From positions 3,968,001 to 4,032,000 of the forward strand of contig ML978121.1 of the NCBI GenBank assembly GCA_010015805.1: DNA of 64,000 nucleotides, given 5' to 3'. Under the pieces are notes generated by a model. It had not been told where the DNA came from. It saw nothing but the letters and a program-made list of their open reading frames with translations, and searched no databases. The position numbers and the translations under genes are program-made. This DNA comes from Rhizodiscina lignyota. Taxonomy: Eukaryota. Shown here piece after piece: positions 61,069-64,000 of this stretch; position 1 is the stretch's first letter; every line of letters begins with the position of its first letter.

Positions 61069-61345
61069 ATGGCGTTCCCTGTATTTACGGCGCATTTCAA
61101 CGTATGTGCATGATATGTATAATGTTCAGCTAATATATTTCGGGTAGATATTTTGTACGTTAACTGTAGATATGGCAAGCAGATGCTCGAGCGCAACAAG
61201 GGCAGTGCGGAGAATCTGTCGTACCCTGTTCGAATATGCATGCTCGAATTCCCCGGTTCTGCTTGTCTGTTTTCTGGAATTCAGTCTGCGACACTGTTCC
61301 TATTCGATCCATACCATCGAACGCTTTTTGTCATTGGTTTAATCA

Positions 61346-61895
61346 ATGAAGTCCCTCGCTACTTCGACACTCCTTTTGCTAGGCTTCGTCACAGCTGCGG
61401 CTGCCAGGGCGGCACCATATAGCAATTCAAATTCAGGCGCCCTGGGCCGTCGTGCCACAGATCCAGCAATACCATTCACTACTGGACCAATGTGTAATGG
61501 CACGATGAGTGGGAATAGCACAAGTGGCAATTCGGCTTTCAGCTGCGCATAGTCCATGACCGATACGAACGACGAGCTTCCCGGGCACTGTGCCGAATAG
61601 CGTTAATGGAACATGGCACTGTGTCGACGCCATTAGCAAAGGCGGTATCCAGCTTGGATGCTTCAGCTGGGAGAGCCGGTCTTCACAACATCGAGGTTGG
61701 GCGTGGTGTATTGAGTCCGCCTGCGATGGCTGCGGCGTTCATCCAGGAAAGTTATTGGCTTTGGTAGAATCGCTGCGGAGTACTCGGTACCATCGTTTGT
61801 TAGATACCTATAGACGAGGTTTGAAAGCGGATAGAATGCGTGTCCATTTTGGTTGGCACGTCCAACTCGCTAGAAGTTCTATGCCAATACCTTGA
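61346..61895 (+). CDS. Candidate small secreted Cys-rich protein (spliced gene or pseudogene)
   Basis: Signal peptide MKSLATSTLLLLGFVTAAAA and an RR dibasic site. A Cys-rich continuation lies in another frame after TAG at 61552. Confidence 0.5.
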
Positions 61896-62850
61896 GATCG
61901 AAAGTCCCGTTGTCACGAGCAAATTTGATGCTTTCCGATCGCAGCCAGGCCTCGTTCGACCGAATTCAGGGACACTTGAATCGGAATCGGAACATTTAAC
62001 TTGAACATTAGAAATCCAAGTTCATGATCTACTTGAACGACCTTGGATGTTTTCATGATGGAATTCGGAGCTACTTCTAGACTCCGAAGTTTTGCTGCCA
62101 TTGTGAGAGCAATATCTGATTTTGTGCAATGTTTAAAGGTCTGGTCTTGAGATTGACTGCATGCCGGCAGTTTTCGGTACCTTTGAAGTGAGTGTAGATA
62201 CGATTTTGGTTGCAATTGCAGATAGCATGAAGTGCTCCAGTCGTGCTTCAGATTTTCACGGAGAGAGAAGCGGGAGACGTGTGCCAATTCGCTGAAGATA
62301 TGAAACGATTTATATCTTCTGTTCTGATAACACTGAGTTTCACCTCGTGTTATTCTAAATTCAATTTCAATTGGTGCTCGTCCTGCACTTGTGTTGTATG
62401 GGCGATGGGAAGATGTTGTCTCCCTCCGCCTATCGCCAATTCGCCTGCAGTATGCAGATCACTGGTCCGGAATACCCATAAGCCAGCAGCCGCAAGACCA
62501 ACGGGCATTCCTACATGAGCTGTTCCACACTGCATGAATACCGAGTATGGCCGAATAAGTTGCCGACTGTTACTCCGCTGTTTACCCCCGGTCGAACATT
62601 AGTGTCTCGTCTCCCGTACAGGCTCGCATTTTCTTGCCAGTAGAACATACCATTATGATACTCATTGATCGGAGCGATGAGTAATAATGAGGCTTGCGAG
62701 AGCTGTTATGGAGTTACTTTAGGCATCTATCATTGTCTATAAGTCGCCATCTTTCCCCATTTCTTTCTTGTCATCATCAGGGTAGGGAATACGGTAATCA
62801 CTTCATCTGCCCCATTACATCAACTCCAAAGATACAGCAAACCAATCAAG

Positions 62851-63762
62851 ATGTCAGCCCACACATACGAGACCGCCCCGATCAGTCGTGTCACCGTTAA
62901 CGGCGTCACACACGCATACCGCCTCTTTGGCAAATGGAGCAAAGAGCTCCCTCCTCTGCTGATGATCAACCATTTCCGCAGTAACATGGACCATTGGGAC
63001 CCGCTCATGATCAACCCCCTCGCTACGAGCCGTCAGATCCTCCAGATCGATCCTCCTGGGACGGGACACACAAAGTCTGGCACCGTCCTGACCACCTTCC
63101 AGGACATGGCTGACATGTATGCTAACGTTGCACGCACCATCGGCATTAACCAAGTCGACCTCATCGGCTTCAGCATCGGTTCTATGCAGGCACAGCTGCT
63201 GGCTTTGAATCAGCCTGCTGGCTTCGTGCGACGCCTCATCCTCGCAGGGAGCAGGCCGAGTGGAACACATCCTGGCCTCTCGAATGCAGATGGTTCGATG
63301 CGCAAGGTCTTGCAAAGTGCCGAAGGCTCTGATGCCGAAGCGTGCAAACACGCGTTCTGCCACACATTCTTCCCTCTCACGCCGGAGAAGCAGGCTCGTG
63401 CTGCAGCGAGCTGGGACCGCATGCAGGCAGCACATCCGAACCGACCGCTATATTTGCACGCCGAGGGGACGTCAAACTTGGTCAAGGCGATCGGAAAGTT
63501 CATCAACCCCACTGAGGAGAGAGGCAAGAGCTATGAGAGGCTGGGGCACTTGAAGATTCCAGTGTTGGTGGCGAATGGGAGTAAGGACGAGCTTGTACCA
63601 ACCGAGAACAGCTACATCTTGTTCGAGAAACTGCCAAACGCCAGGTTGGAGCTGTGGCCATTCAGTGGACACGGATTCCTGGACGAGTATGCTGAGAGTT
63701 TTGCGGCTTGTGTCAACCAGTTTCTGGATGAGGACTTGGAAGGACTCAAGGCGAGCTTGTGA
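62851..63762 (+). CDS. Alpha/beta hydrolase
   Basis: NMDHWDP, nucleophile elbow GFSIG, ANGSKD and catalytic His in SGHGFL. Confidence 0.9.
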   Translation: MSAHTYETAPISRVTVNGVTHAYRLFGKWSKELPPLLMINHFRSNMDHWDPLMINPLATSRQILQIDPPGTGHTKSGTVLTTFQDMADMYANVARTIGINQVDLIGFSIGSMQAQLLALNQPAGFVRRLILAGSRPSGTHPGLSNADGSMRKVLQSAEGSDAEACKHAFCHTFFPLTPEKQARAAASWDRMQAAHPNRPLYLHAEGTSNLVKAIGKFINPTEERGKSYERLGHLKIPVLVANGSKDELVPTENSYILFEKLPNARLELWPFSGHGFLDEYAESFAACVNQFLDEDLEGLKASL

Positions 63763-64000
63763 GACTGAAGACGGGAAGAGAGTGTAAAATGCGACGAGTT
63801 GCAAAGAGGATGTGACCAAGACATGATTGTGCTCGAAAGGGAATGTTCGTATACGAAGATAAAATGCTCAAAAATCAACCTAGTCTCCGCCAAATCCCAC
63901 GGGGTATTCCATGCCTCTCCGTCCCTCAACGCCAGATATGATCTCACTAAAACCGAGTGTTGATCGCAGGCAGCTCCGCCGCTCCGCCCTTTCCCTCGTG

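Noticed and set aside
61550..61552. TAG corrected to TGG by A-to-I editing
   Set aside because: Further stops follow in the same frame within ~50 nt, so editing alone would not restore the ORF.

Overview
Gene-dense window from a filamentous ascomycete (Pezizomycotina-type) nuclear chromosome, with short GT-AG introns and CTRAY branch points. I could support about 29 protein-coding loci. Most are housekeeping genes: TeaA/Kel1 kelch protein, Gemin2/Brr1-like, RRP40, cytosolic AspRS, SSZ1, GPI2, SLA2, SLU7, SPOUT methyltransferase, MED12, eIF1/SUI1 and a Tim44-like mitochondrial protein. Two stretches look accessory. At ~15-28 kb: an internally deleted pseudogene, a free-standing His-Cys-box (I-PpoI-like) endonuclease gene outside any rDNA or group I intron, then co-oriented lactonase, MFS, PRISE-type reductase and P450 genes near a Zn2Cys6 factor. 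At ~59-64 kb: a PD-(D/E)XK-like protein, a Cys-rich secreted-protein candidate and an alpha/beta hydrolase. The top candidate for something new is the orphan His-Cys-box endonuclease. Other oddities are a 55-bp tandem array with UUYG-loop hairpins, a GC-AG intron in AspRS, and a structured first intron plus poor start context in eIF1. All calls come from reading motifs by eye; no searches were run.
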